Virus record (IMG/VR): IMGVR_UViG_3300050821_007134 | Location: 96,001 to 160,000 of that record | DNA length: 64,000 bases | From: a virus | Strand: one strand, 5' to 3' | Made by a program: the position numbers and the translations under genes | In this document: positions 17,332-27,494 of the stretch, one piece after another | How the letters are laid out: each line of letters begins with the position of its first letter | Position numbering within the stretch: position 1 is the stretch's first letter | Notes under the pieces: model-generated | What the model was told of the DNA's origin: nothing | The model's database searches: none | What the model saw: only the letters and a program-made list of their open reading frames with translations

Positions 17332-18339
17332 ATGAAAGTGTTGCGGATTGGGGACCCCCATGTAAAATTTAACAATCTCGAAGACTGTGAAAAGCTGATG
17401 CACTTCATAGTTGATATTATTCTCAAGTATAGCCCAGATCGTGTTGAAATCCTTGGTGATTTATTCCATACTCACTACATTGTACGCCTGGAAGTCCTTG
17501 ATTTCTGGGATGCATGGCTCGATGTTCTAAGCGATGCCTGCGATGTTGTTGTCTTAGAAGGCAATCACGATCAGCTTGGTGATACAGACGCAAGTATGGG
17601 TACCATCCGCGTGTTCAAACGTTTGGCTCAGAATAAGATCCTGAAGAAGAGCCGTACCAGACTGAGAATTGTGGATTGTCCCCAGTACGATGGAATTATA
17701 GCATATATGCCATATGTCCATGATAAGGCCAAGTTTGTCGACATGGCCAATTCAATGGCTTCAGACGCAGGATGTAAAGTTCTCGTTTGCCATCAAACAT
17801 TCGAGGGCGCTACTTATGAAAATGGCATGTATGCTCCAGACGGTATTAATCTTTCCGACCTAAAATACGATGTCGTAATAAGCGGACATATCCATACATA
17901 TCAACGGTTTGGCAATCTCATCTACCCCGGAACTATGAAGTGGGATACGGCATCGGATGCAAACAAGGAAAAGGGCATTTGGCTCTATGAACATGACGAT
18001 GTAACTGGAAAAATTATCTCAGAAGAACTCATTAGGACCCATGGAGTTATTCCTCCGTTGGTCAGCATAACTTGGATTGAAGGACAGGAACAGCTTGCGA
18101 TCCCCAGCGGCGCCCGAGTGACCATCGAACTTATCGGCAGTTCCGAATGGGTCAATAAACAGAAGAATGAGCTTAAAGGCTTTGTAAGCATCAAGTCAAA
18201 AATCACAGACCGAGCCCGGCCCGAAAATAGAAAGACCGGAAAGAACTTGGAAGAATTTGTTAGAGATCATTTCGAGCCCATTGAAGGCGTTTCTAAAGAC
18301 GAACTTTTAGCCTACATGAAGGGAAGTTTAAATGTCTGA
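17332..18339 (+). CDS. sbcD: SbcD/Mre11-like nuclease
   Basis: GDPH, GDLFH, GNHD, HQ and SGHIH metallophosphoesterase motifs; SbcC lies downstream. Confidence 0.88.
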   Translation: MKVLRIGDPHVKFNNLEDCEKLMHFIVDIILKYSPDRVEILGDLFHTHYIVRLEVLDFWDAWLDVLSDACDVVVLEGNHDQLGDTDASMGTIRVFKRLAQNKILKKSRTRLRIVDCPQYDGIIAYMPYVHDKAKFVDMANSMASDAGCKVLVCHQTFEGATYENGMYAPDGINLSDLKYDVVISGHIHTYQRFGNLIYPGTMKWDTASDANKEKGIWLYEHDDVTGKIISEELIRTHGVIPPLVSITWIEGQEQLAIPSGARVTIELIGSSEWVNKQKNELKGFVSIKSKITDRARPENRKTGKNLEEFVRDHFEPIEGVSKDELLAYMKGSLNV

Positions 18340-18748
18340 CGAAAAGATGACACCTGAAAAGATCAAAGATATGGCTAAGTTGGTTCATCTTAGCGGACGC
18401 ATCAGCGAATTCCATGAGAAGAATCTGAAAATGTATCCTTATGTATTTTTTGACGGCGTACTCGAAGCAAAAATAGAATATGACTTTTCCCATAGGCCAT
18501 CAGATAGCGGTCCAAAGGAATCTCCTAAAACTCCAGATGAATTCTATAAAGAGATTGGTCGGGCTGCCATGAACATGAGGTCTGATTCCTATGTGGCCTA
18601 TAGACTTAAAATTAACGATAATCCTATGCAACCCCATATGGATAAAAGATTTGATGCTCTTGAAAAATCAGTAAGGAGCCTTTTCTGGAACGATGTTATA
18701 GTAAAGGTTTACTTTAACGACAAAATAGTGTATGAGTCACGTAAATGA
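18332..18748 (+). CDS. Hypothetical protein
   Basis: 138-aa overlapping ORF. Confidence 0.6.
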   Translation: MSDEKMTPEKIKDMAKLVHLSGRISEFHEKNLKMYPYVFFDGVLEAKIEYDFSHRPSDSGPKESPKTPDEFYKEIGRAAMNMRSDSYVAYRLKINDNPMQPHMDKRFDALEKSVRSLFWNDVIVKVYFNDKIVYESRK

Positions 18749-18827
18749 TTAAAGATATAGCGGTAATGGCAGTTGCTTTACTTTCAGTGGTTGCATTCTT
18801 TACTGCATTCCCAGGAAAGAAGAAGAG

Positions 18828-19532
18828 ATGAGCAAGCTACCAGAGAAGAAAGAAACGTTGCCTGAACCTACTACCGACATCGGCGAAGGCGACATGAACC
18901 GTCTCACGGCTTTCCTAGAAGCTGGATTGCCAGGTATTGTCAATTTGACCCAAGAAAAGATAAATGACATGCTAGAACTTTACATGGACGGCGCCAGCTA
19001 TTCCAGTCTTGCTATGGACATGAAGGTAAAAAAAGAACTCGTTCTTTATGCAGCGTATAAAGGTGATTGGTTCGCGGTTAGAAAAGACCATTTGGCAGAA
19101 TTATCCAGCCAATTGGCACAGACTGTAGCGGCCACTAAAATAAGAAATAGAATCACCATGAAAAAGGCCATTGATCATAAGCGTAGGATTTTAGACGATC
19201 TCATTGGCTATTATAATAGAACTAGGGACCGCATCACCAAAGAAGAGATTGATAAAGAAACCATGGCCTATGCCAAATTGGTTGAACAATACGAAAAACT
19301 CGAAAGCGATGAGTCGAACAAAGCTCCTAAAACCCCTCCATTTGGCCTTCAGGTTGGAGCCACAGGCGTTAAAATTACTAATAACCAAACCGGTCAATCA
19401 GTGGATGTAACCCCTAAAAAGGAGAGTCCGGGTGCTGCCCTCGAACGTATGGCAGAAGAGGAACGGGAAGAGGAACGACGTAAAAAGAATGAGAAAATTG
19501 TTGACAGTACTGATATAAAAGAAGAAAATTGA
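18828..19532 (+). CDS. Hypothetical protein with HTH-like segment and coiled coil
   Basis: 'LELYMDGASYSSLAMDMKVKKELV' is HTH-like. Confidence 0.5.
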   Translation: MSKLPEKKETLPEPTTDIGEGDMNRLTAFLEAGLPGIVNLTQEKINDMLELYMDGASYSSLAMDMKVKKELVLYAAYKGDWFAVRKDHLAELSSQLAQTVAATKIRNRITMKKAIDHKRRILDDLIGYYNRTRDRITKEEIDKETMAYAKLVEQYEKLESDESNKAPKTPPFGLQVGATGVKITNNQTGQSVDVTPKKESPGAALERMAEEEREEERRKKNEKIVDSTDIKEEN

Positions 19533-19564
19533 ACTTTAAAGAACTTTTTAGGAAAGAGGAAAAA

Positions 19565-20551
19565 ATGAAAAATCTACTGATCGCATTATGTCTTATTTTC
19601 GGCGCCCAGGCGTTCGCCGGAGATCAGATCACACTAACTGTGGACAACACAATCGCCATTAACGATGAGTTTGACGGACATTCAGTCTCTCAAATCATCA
19701 AAAAGGCACGGGAATTGGATGCCAGAATTCCATCTGGAGATGCCCTTTATCTCGTAATCAACAGCCCAGGCGGCAGCATTGAAGACGGATTGGAACTCAT
19801 CGAGAACCTTTCTAACCTCAAACGCCCCGTAATCACAATCACCTTATTCTCGGCCAGTATGGGATTCCAGACTGTACAAGCATTGGGCGAGCGATACATC
19901 ACAAATATGGGAACCCTCATGTCACACAGAGCAGCCGGTGGATTCTGGGGCCAAATTCCAGGTTCATTAGGAACTCGATACGCTTTCTATTTAAGACGCG
20001 TACAAAAACTTGACGAAAATGCAGTCAAGCGATCCAAAGGAAAACTTACAATGGCAACTTATGCCACTCTCATTCAGGATGAATACTGGTGTGAAGGCCA
20101 AGACTGTATCGACAAAGGTCTAGCCGATAAAATCGTATCTCCTCAGTGCGACAAGAGTTTGACTGGGACAACGAGTGTTTCAATTTTCCAAGCTCTTATG
20201 GGCGCGGTAGTTGAAATTTTCGCAGACTATGATAACTGTCCACTTAACACTAACGTCTTGAAGTACACCCTTTTGGTGAACGGCGAACCACTCTTTAAAG
20301 ACGGCGTCAGCATCGAAGAACTTCACAGACTTTTGGGCCAAAAAGAACAGAAAGAAAAAGAAGCGGCTAAAGCCAAAGAATCCTCTGGTATTTTCAGCTC
20401 TTCTTACTTTTCGTCATCTAGCTATGACTATTCTTCTTCTCCCAAGACTCCCATTGATTCTCTGACCAAAGAGCAAATCCTTGAGATCTGGACCAAGTAT
20501 CAAGAAGTTAAGAAAAAGAAAGAAAACCGCGACGTTATCAAAGGTTACTAA
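19565..20551 (+). CDS. Exported ClpP-family (S14-like) serine protease
   Basis: Signal peptide MKNLLIALCLIFGAQAFA; INSPGGS, SASMG, LMSH and GLADKI motifs. Confidence 0.8.
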   Translation: MKNLLIALCLIFGAQAFAGDQITLTVDNTIAINDEFDGHSVSQIIKKARELDARIPSGDALYLVINSPGGSIEDGLELIENLSNLKRPVITITLFSASMGFQTVQALGERYITNMGTLMSHRAAGGFWGQIPGSLGTRYAFYLRRVQKLDENAVKRSKGKLTMATYATLIQDEYWCEGQDCIDKGLADKIVSPQCDKSLTGTTSVSIFQALMGAVVEIFADYDNCPLNTNVLKYTLLVNGEPLFKDGVSIEELHRLLGQKEQKEKEAAKAKESSGIFSSSYFSSSSYDYSSSPKTPIDSLTKEQILEIWTKYQEVKKKKENRDVIKGY

Positions 20552-20799
20552 TGCCTATCATCGCGTACTCTTGCGAGTGCAAACACTCTGTTAAAAAGTT
20601 CTACCGGTCGGCGAAAGACTCGCCGACCGTTCTTATTTGCGATAAATGTCAAAAAGAAATGAAAAAACAGTTGTCTTCTCCCTCATCTGTGTCTAAGATA
20701 GTAGTAGACAATGGGGTTCAGGCCCGCTCGGTAGAAATCATACCGAACATTGTCGAGCTTAATCAGGAAAGAGCCTCCAAAAATTACAAGGGAGACTAA
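20551..20799 (+). CDS. FmdB-like zinc-ribbon protein
   Basis: MPxxxYxCxC...CxxC. Confidence 0.7.
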   Translation: MPIIAYSCECKHSVKKFYRSAKDSPTVLICDKCQKEMKKQLSSPSSVSKIVVDNGVQARSVEIIPNIVELNQERASKNYKGD

Positions 20800-22956
20800 G
20801 TGTTAAAACTCAAAACTCTACGCATTCGTGCCGTAGGCCGATTCGTGGATCTCCAGACTATCAATGTTGATGCTCTAGGGAATTTCGTACAAGTAGATGG
20901 CGATAATAAAAACACTGGCGGTTCCAGCGGAGCAGCTAAAACTACCTTATTCAGGGCTCATGATTACCTTCTAGGCGTTAGTGATATCCCCTCCACGATT
21001 TTACAATCTAGACTTACAAAAGAAGGAATGCTCGTAGAAGGAGACTATGATTGGGACGGACGAGATCTCACAATTTCTCGTGGTAAAAAAGAGGGTCTAA
21101 CAATCACAGTAGACGGAGAAGTTAAATCCGGCAGTGTTAAACTCTTAGAAGAAGAACTCGATAAAATTCTAGCTGTCCCCAGAGATTTATTCAGACAGAT
21201 GTTTCATAAACGACAGTTCGCCAGGGGATTCTTTTTGAGTATGACTCCCAAAGAAACCTATGAATTCCTAACAAGTTGTCTCGGATTAGAAAAAGAAAAA
21301 GCTAAAGTTGACGATCAAGAAAAAGACATTAAAAAATTCACAGAGCATAAAGAATTTTTAAATAAATCCTTAGAGATTCAAAAACAGGGCAAGAAGGCTA
21401 CAGAAGATGCCCTCTTATCTTTTGGTCTCGGACCCGTAAAGGACATGCACGAAGAAGTTGTTGCGTCTCTATTGGAAAAAGTAAATTCATCAAGACAAGC
21501 CCTATCAATGGTAGAATACGGCCACAGTAAAGAACTAGAAAAATTAATAGCTACAAAGCCATCTTATAAGGCTACGCCGTTTACTTCTGAATCATTTACT
21601 GTCGTTCCTTTCGACCGCACCACTTTAAATAAATGTGAAGCGGCAATGAAAGTCCTCGGCAATAAAATGAGTATTGCCGTAAAAGCCGAAAATGACAGAC
21701 AAGCCGAAGTAATGAAAGATATTTCTGAGGCCAAACTTAGATTGGCCGAATATTCTCAAGTCGTAGTCGATAGCGAAAAAGCTAAAATTGATGCTGCGAC
21801 TAAGGCTTCACAAATCAAAACTATTCGCGATAGTTTCTGCCCGACATGCGAACAGACATGGATAAATGAAAAAGCTAAAGCAAAAGAACAGAAACTTTTA
21901 GCTGAAGTTTTGGAACTTAAAAAATTAATTATGGCCGGTTCTGAAGCTGAAAAAATAGTTACAATCATCAAAGGGAATATTGATCGCTTGGTCTTGGACT
22001 CTACTCTTAAAAAATCTCCCGAATTCTTAGAAATTGTTGCTAACCAGACCAGACTTAATCAAATGATTTCTGCCGAAATGAACAAGGAATTTGCTCATTC
22101 CGATGCCCAAAGACAAGCTCAGAGAGACCATGATTTAAAGGAATCTAGGAGAAGTCACGCCCATAACGAAGCTGAAACCAGCCAAAATCGCGCCATTATG
22201 GCGGAATACACTCAAAGAGAGAATGATCTTAGGGCCAAACACAAGAGCGAGATCCAACAGGCCGCTGGACAGCTAGATATCGATTCTAGAGCCCATATGG
22301 CAGCCGAAGAGAAGCTTAGGGCTTACAGGACTGCAAAGACCTCCTATGACGCCTCTGTAGGCCGAATGAAGAGCCAATATGATGGCTATGCAATGGCAGT
22401 CGAGGCTTTGTCCAAGGAATTGGAAAAGACAGCCAAAGATTTGATTCTGGCCGAAGAAGCCAAACGCGCCACGAAGAGCTATATTTCTCGATCATTTGAT
22501 GATGCCCTGAATACAATAAGCAACAATGCTACTGAGATGATTCGGCATATTCCAGTTATGGCCAACTGTACTATTCAATTAGAAGGTCTTAGAGAGACTA
22601 AGGATGGCAAAGTCAAAGAAGAAATTAACGCAGTCATCCATATGGATGGAGAAGAAAATATTCCAATCAAGAGTCTTTGCGGCGGCGAGGAAACTTCTTC
22701 TCATTTAGCGATTGACTTAGCGGTCATTGATCTGATAGAACAGAGGACAGCCAAAGGAATAAATATTTTTATTCTTGACGAACCCTTCACAGGGATGGAT
22801 ACTGTGTGTATTGAAATGGCCCTGGAAGTTTTAAAGAACTCGAACACTAACAAGAAACTGATTATCGTGGATCACAATCCTGAAGTTAAGCAAATGGTTC
22901 AAAGTAGATTAGTAGTGGTCCGCGATGGAACCACGAGTAACGTCGTTCAAGCATAG
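20800..22956 (+). CDS. sbcC: SbcC/Rad50-like ATPase
   Basis: GAAKTT Walker A, coiled coil with CPTC zinc hook, LCGGE signature, ILDEP Walker B, VDH. Confidence 0.92.
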   Translation: MLKLKTLRIRAVGRFVDLQTINVDALGNFVQVDGDNKNTGGSSGAAKTTLFRAHDYLLGVSDIPSTILQSRLTKEGMLVEGDYDWDGRDLTISRGKKEGLTITVDGEVKSGSVKLLEEELDKILAVPRDLFRQMFHKRQFARGFFLSMTPKETYEFLTSCLGLEKEKAKVDDQEKDIKKFTEHKEFLNKSLEIQKQGKKATEDALLSFGLGPVKDMHEEVVASLLEKVNSSRQALSMVEYGHSKELEKLIATKPSYKATPFTSESFTVVPFDRTTLNKCEAAMKVLGNKMSIAVKAENDRQAEVMKDISEAKLRLAEYSQVVVDSEKAKIDAATKASQIKTIRDSFCPTCEQTWINEKAKAKEQKLLAEVLELKKLIMAGSEAEKIVTIIKGNIDRLVLDSTLKKSPEFLEIVANQTRLNQMISAEMNKEFAHSDAQRQAQRDHDLKESRRSHAHNEAETSQNRAIMAEYTQRENDLRAKHKSEIQQAAGQLDIDSRAHMAAEEKLRAYRTAKTSYDASVGRMKSQYDGYAMAVEALSKELEKTAKDLILAEEAKRATKSYISRSFDDALNTISNNATEMIRHIPVMANCTIQLEGLRETKDGKVKEEINAVIHMDGEENIPIKSLCGGEETSSHLAIDLAVIDLIEQRTAKGINIFILDEPFTGMDTVCIEMALEVLKNSNTNKKLIIVDHNPEVKQMVQSRLVVVRDGTTSNVVQA

Positions 22957-23522
22957 GGGGAATAATGACTCTAGAAGAAAAAATGCATAAATACAAAATT
23001 TATCACGAAATGACCGAAACAATTTATGAGTTAGAAGCTCACGCGAACAAATTAAAAAGAGAAAGAGACGAACTTATTACGGCATTGGGCTTAGAATACA
23101 ATATAGATTCAAACAAATTTACAGACGACAAAATACTTCAATCAGTTGTTTTTGAAGTTGGACAGACCGAACTCAAAAGGCGGTCTACAAATGTCTAACA
23201 AAGAACAAGTAGAACGTGACATTTCAGACTATTTGGAAAAAGAAGAAAACTTAACGGAGAACGATAAAAGAAAGTATTTACGAGCTTTATTTGAAAAACA
23301 CTTTGAATTCGACAAGTTAGATCATCTGTTAAATTATCACGATTTCCATGACATCATCAGTATGGCCAAAACAAATTATAATAATGTAAAGCTTGAAATT
23401 TCAGGCAGACAGTTGTATCCTTCTGAGGTCTCGCAAGTTGCCATTATCGAAGCGGTTGCGACCCATCTCAATGCTAAAGGCATTTTAAGAAAGATTGTAA
23501 AAATCGATTATAGGAGCCGACG

Positions 23523-23762
23523 ATGAAATATTTTTTGATTGGTCTAGTTTTCCTCATGGGTTGTACGGATGCAGAATTTGCCAATTTCACAAGTCTCGGT
23601 TCATCTGCACATATCACTTGCTACAGCGGAGATAAAGTTACTTATGATGGTATCTCAACTGGGAAAGTCTCTACAGTCACCCATTCAGATGGATGGCAGT
23701 TTAAGGATTCAAAAACTGGGAAGTTCATGCGTGTAAGCGGCCCCTGCGTAATTGAGAACTAA
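23523..23762 (+). CDS. Small lipoprotein
   Basis: MKYFLIGLVFLMGC lipobox. Confidence 0.65.
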   Translation: MKYFLIGLVFLMGCTDAEFANFTSLGSSAHITCYSGDKVTYDGISTGKVSTVTHSDGWQFKDSKTGKFMRVSGPCVIEN

Positions 23763-23986
23763 ATGAACGTACAAGATTTAGTGAATGCTCTCTTACAATT
23801 CCCTCCTACTATGGAAGTGTATTCCGTGCGAGAGGATTTCAGTAAAACGATAGAACGGTATTCACCAATTGAATCCGTTATGATTGGCGAGGCCGCAGTC
23901 GGCCAAGCTAAAGACGATCAAGGAAACGACAAAGCATTGTTCAAACAGGCCATTCTCATTAAGGGACTGGTCAAAAAGGAGACCAA

Positions 23987-24511
23987 ATGATTTTACGCAC
24001 ATTATTATTTATACTTGGGCTATTGGCCAAAGTTTCTGGGGTTGCAAAGTATGCCAAGAGCAGATTCGATAAAAACAGAAAGCTTATCGTTTTCGTCGCT
24101 CTTTTACCTCTTCGAGATCTTACTCTAAAGATCGCATTTAGAAGCGAAAAGGAAACAGGATGGAGAACATTAAAAATTACCATTCCTGCTGTTCTTACCT
24201 CTAGAGGAACTGGGCTTGGCGTACTAGAAGATATTTTAACTGGTTATTACGGAGAATACGAAGAAGCAATCACGGTCCTGAATGTTTCAGGATTTCGTAC
24301 TCCATGGAAGAAATTCAAAGATGAGCTTGTCGGTGTTAAGTATCCCAAGCTAACATACGAAATGGCTCAATTACTGGACGCTTTAGAAGTGGGACCTTAC
24401 GGTTCTACAAAAGATAAAGTAACTGATAATTCCGCAGAAAATGACAAACTTGCGGAGCAAATAAACGCATTGAAAAATTTATTAAATAATAAGGAGGCTA
24501 CCAATGGATAG
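23987..24511 (+). CDS. Hypothetical protein
   Basis: GGAG SD; 174 aa. Confidence 0.55.
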   Translation: MILRTLLFILGLLAKVSGVAKYAKSRFDKNRKLIVFVALLPLRDLTLKIAFRSEKETGWRTLKITIPAVLTSRGTGLGVLEDILTGYYGEYEEAITVLNVSGFRTPWKKFKDELVGVKYPKLTYEMAQLLDALEVGPYGSTKDKVTDNSAENDKLAEQINALKNLLNNKEATNG

Positions 24512-24782
24512 AGAGAAATTAGAAGACCAATTGGACAAGATCGATCCACGTTTCCGTAAGGAAGCAAATGGATTAAGCGCCGCTGAACTTGAATCTAAGA
24601 TTAACCTCTTAGCAAAAGCCAGCGAAGCCAATGATCAATTGCAAGAAGACGACGAAGACCTCGCAGGAGCTAAAGCTAAAGCTTCCGAACTTGGCCGTCC
24701 TTATCGCGAAGATCGCAAGGCCTACAAACTCAAAACAAAATACTCGATTCTTCTGCTCAAGGAAAAAACCGGCCAATCATGA
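24504..24782 (+). CDS. Hypothetical helical protein
   Basis: GGAGG SD; 92 aa. Confidence 0.6.
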   Translation: MDREKLEDQLDKIDPRFRKEANGLSAAELESKINLLAKASEANDQLQEDDEDLAGAKAKASELGRPYREDRKAYKLKTKYSILLLKEKTGQS

Positions 24783-25453
24783 GCGAAAGAATTCTCTCCC
24801 TTGATATTTCAACCAAAACTGGTTGGTCGCTTGCTTTAAGCGATGCAGATGGTTGTCATATTGCCCACTACGGGCAGACTGAGCCTATTCCTGAGCCAAA
24901 GGGAGAGTACCCATACAGAGTTTGGGACTGGACATACAAATGTTTCTCAGTGATAGAAAAACTCATTAAAGAACATCACCCCGATGTATTAGTGATAGAA
25001 CAGACCTCCAAAGGTAGTAAGGCTTCAAAAACGCAGAAGCTATTAGAATGGATTCATTTTCTCGTGGCCGACTACATCATCAAGAGATCCATGAAAAATG
25101 TCTATTTACAGACCGGTGAATGGAGATCTTTAGTTGGCTCCAAAATGACCAAAGATGAAAAGACTCGAAACAAGTATGTTAAGGATTATAAGGCCAAATA
25201 CTTAGCCGAACACGGACAAGAATATACAATAGGAAAAAATGGCAAGAAAAAGAAGAAAGCCATTGTTGTTTACGATGAAGAAGGCGTTCGCATAGGTAAA
25301 GTTGGCAAGAAGAATGTAAGTGTTCGAACCGCCAATGAAATCTTTGGCCCACAACTTAAGAGGCCATTACAAAGAAAAGATGAGGATGCGGCTGAGGCTC
25401 TTTTATTGGCTTACGCGTATCATAGGAGAACCAATGCGCTTCAAAAATCTTAG
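24779..25453 (+). CDS. ruvC: RuvC-like Holliday junction resolvase with basic insertion
   Basis: ILSLDIST.TGW, VIEQ and DEDAAEALLLA catalytic pattern. Confidence 0.8.
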   Translation: MSERILSLDISTKTGWSLALSDADGCHIAHYGQTEPIPEPKGEYPYRVWDWTYKCFSVIEKLIKEHHPDVLVIEQTSKGSKASKTQKLLEWIHFLVADYIIKRSMKNVYLQTGEWRSLVGSKMTKDEKTRNKYVKDYKAKYLAEHGQEYTIGKNGKKKKKAIVVYDEEGVRIGKVGKKNVSVRTANEIFGPQLKRPLQRKDEDAAEALLLAYAYHRRTNALQKS

Positions 25454-25705
25454 ACACCTAGAAGATGAAATCCTTAACAAAATATTAAAGCTTGTCCCCG
25501 TTCATCTGGACATTAATGTAGGAAGCAATATACATTATTTGGCAGAAGACATGGCTTTATTGTTAACAGAAGTTCAATCGGAATTAGAGGCTCTACGATA
25601 TAAGTATAAAATAGAAGATAATGATTTACTTCCTTTAACGACTGTGTTATCAAGAGGTGAATCAATTCCCGCCCGAACCGTATTACGGGCACTTGGAGAA
25701 AAAGT

Positions 25706-26665
25706 ATGAGCGAATATTGGAATGACGAAAATGACCCAAATGCTGACGGAGACTTCCGGGACATCCCAGAAGAAACGGTAGAAAATGCCATTATTCCCCA
25801 GCCCAGTATAATGCCTCCTCCGAGGGCTCAGGCAGTTCAAGTAGTCGGCCAAGACGCTGAGTACGAAGAGGAATATGACGAAGAGTATGACACGACCGCC
25901 GATGACGATTTACAACAAAATGAAGTGGCAGAAGAAGACGACTATTCAAACATCCTAGACGATGCTCGATTGAGACTTGAACAAGGTCGCCTTTACGAAA
26001 TGGTTATGAAACATAACCCATTCGAACACCTTGATGCAGACCCTAAAGCGGTCATCGTAGTTCAAAAACAAATCGTTAAGTTTGCAAAAGAACAAATGGA
26101 AATCATGTTGGGAATGAGACAGGCTAAACAACAAAATTTTGACTCAGTAGTCTCTTCTCCATTCAATGATTTGGAAGTTAAACTCTTAAAAGAATTCGCA
26201 TCCAAAATGAGTGGCGGAAAGTCCGCCGAAGCTGGCGCAAATCAAGTCGCACAAAAGCTAACTTCAATTGGGGCTCCTAAACAACAAAGGGCTCCTGCAC
26301 CAATACCGACTTCTCAGCCTCGGGCTCCTCAGCAAGCTTTACCACAAGCTCCTGGACAGCCTTTAAAACGTAAAAAGAAAGTGCCAGGCAGCATTGATCG
26401 GCTGTTAAGAGAAGGAATGAGTCCAAAAGACGTGGGATATAAACCACTTAAGAAGTCCCCAAATCAAATGACTACGGATGAACTTCTACAAAGAAATGAA
26501 GAAGCTAAGATAAGACAGGCCTCACAGAAATCAGCCAGGCCAGCTAATGCTACTCCATTACCGACCTATGAACAAGAAGAAGCTCTTCATGCTTCGCGGG
26601 TTAATGCGGCCAATGGAACCGTGTCTTTGATCATGAAAGCAATTGAAATGAGTAAAAAGAAATAG
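25706..26665 (+). CDS. Hypothetical protein with acidic N-terminus and P/Q-rich linker
   Basis: 319-aa ORF with GGAG SD. Confidence 0.65.
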   Translation: MSEYWNDENDPNADGDFRDIPEETVENAIIPQPSIMPPPRAQAVQVVGQDAEYEEEYDEEYDTTADDDLQQNEVAEEDDYSNILDDARLRLEQGRLYEMVMKHNPFEHLDADPKAVIVVQKQIVKFAKEQMEIMLGMRQAKQQNFDSVVSSPFNDLEVKLLKEFASKMSGGKSAEAGANQVAQKLTSIGAPKQQRAPAPIPTSQPRAPQQALPQAPGQPLKRKKKVPGSIDRLLREGMSPKDVGYKPLKKSPNQMTTDELLQRNEEAKIRQASQKSARPANATPLPTYEQEEALHASRVNAANGTVSLIMKAIEMSKKK

Positions 26666-26696
26666 TGACGATAATTAATTTAAAAGGAGACAGAAA

Positions 26697-27455
26697 ATGT
26701 CAGAAGCAAAAGAAGCCCCAAAAGCAGCATCGGTAACACCAATTGGTGCAAAACCCAATGGAGCCGCTGCAAAGCCCGCACCCCCAAAAACCGCTGGTCA
26801 GCGATTAGACGATCTTGAAAGAGCTATGATGAGTCTTTTTCAAAATATGGATAATCTTGGTCGCGAAACTGGAACGATCAAAGAGGCTCTTCGATTGTTA
26901 GGTAACAAAGTGGATGCATTGGCAAAAGCCAATCTTCGCGGCGAAGCCCCAACAGACGAAACTCTTAGCCAGATCATGATCGATAACAACGTCGAAGAAC
27001 TCAAAGGCAAAGTTGAAGGGCTTGTAAAAGCTCAGGTATTGGTAGCTACCGATATCGTTGGAGACACATCCTTTATCGTTGGTCGCGAGATCGCAGCAGA
27101 TTCAGATAAAGTGATCAATCCTCGCCTTCAGTTCTCTCTCACAGCTTTAGCAAAAGAAGTTGGAGACAAGATCAGAGGTCATCTCGTTGGTGACATTATC
27201 ACCATTCAAGAAGGCCAAGTGAGATTCGAAGTGTTGGAAGTTTACAACATTCAGACTCCTCCTCCAGCAGCTCAACCAACTGCACCTGCAACTGATGCAC
27301 AAGCCGCCGCACCCGCAGCTGCTCCAGCAACAGACGCAAGTTCAACTCCCGCTGCTACGGCAACAACCGATGCTAGCGCACCAGCTGCCCCTGCTGCCGC
27401 AACACCGGCTGCACAAGATCAAACTCAGACACAGGCTGCGCCCACAGGCAACTAA
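26697..27455 (+). CDS. Hypothetical protein with A/P/T-rich tail
   Basis: AGGAG SD; coiled coil, then a beta segment (loosely GreA-C-like), then low complexity. Confidence 0.65.
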   Translation: MSEAKEAPKAASVTPIGAKPNGAAAKPAPPKTAGQRLDDLERAMMSLFQNMDNLGRETGTIKEALRLLGNKVDALAKANLRGEAPTDETLSQIMIDNNVEELKGKVEGLVKAQVLVATDIVGDTSFIVGREIAADSDKVINPRLQFSLTALAKEVGDKIRGHLVGDIITIQEGQVRFEVLEVYNIQTPPPAAQPTAPATDAQAAAPAAAPATDASSTPAATATTDASAPAAPAAATPAAQDQTQTQAAPTGN

Positions 27456-27494
27456 TCTTCTGAGTATGATTAACAATTAGGGAATGGGCTCTTT

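Noticed and set aside
19501-19520. TTGACA near the start of the exported ClpP gene
   Set aside because: No -10 element at 16-18 nt spacing; lies inside a coding region.
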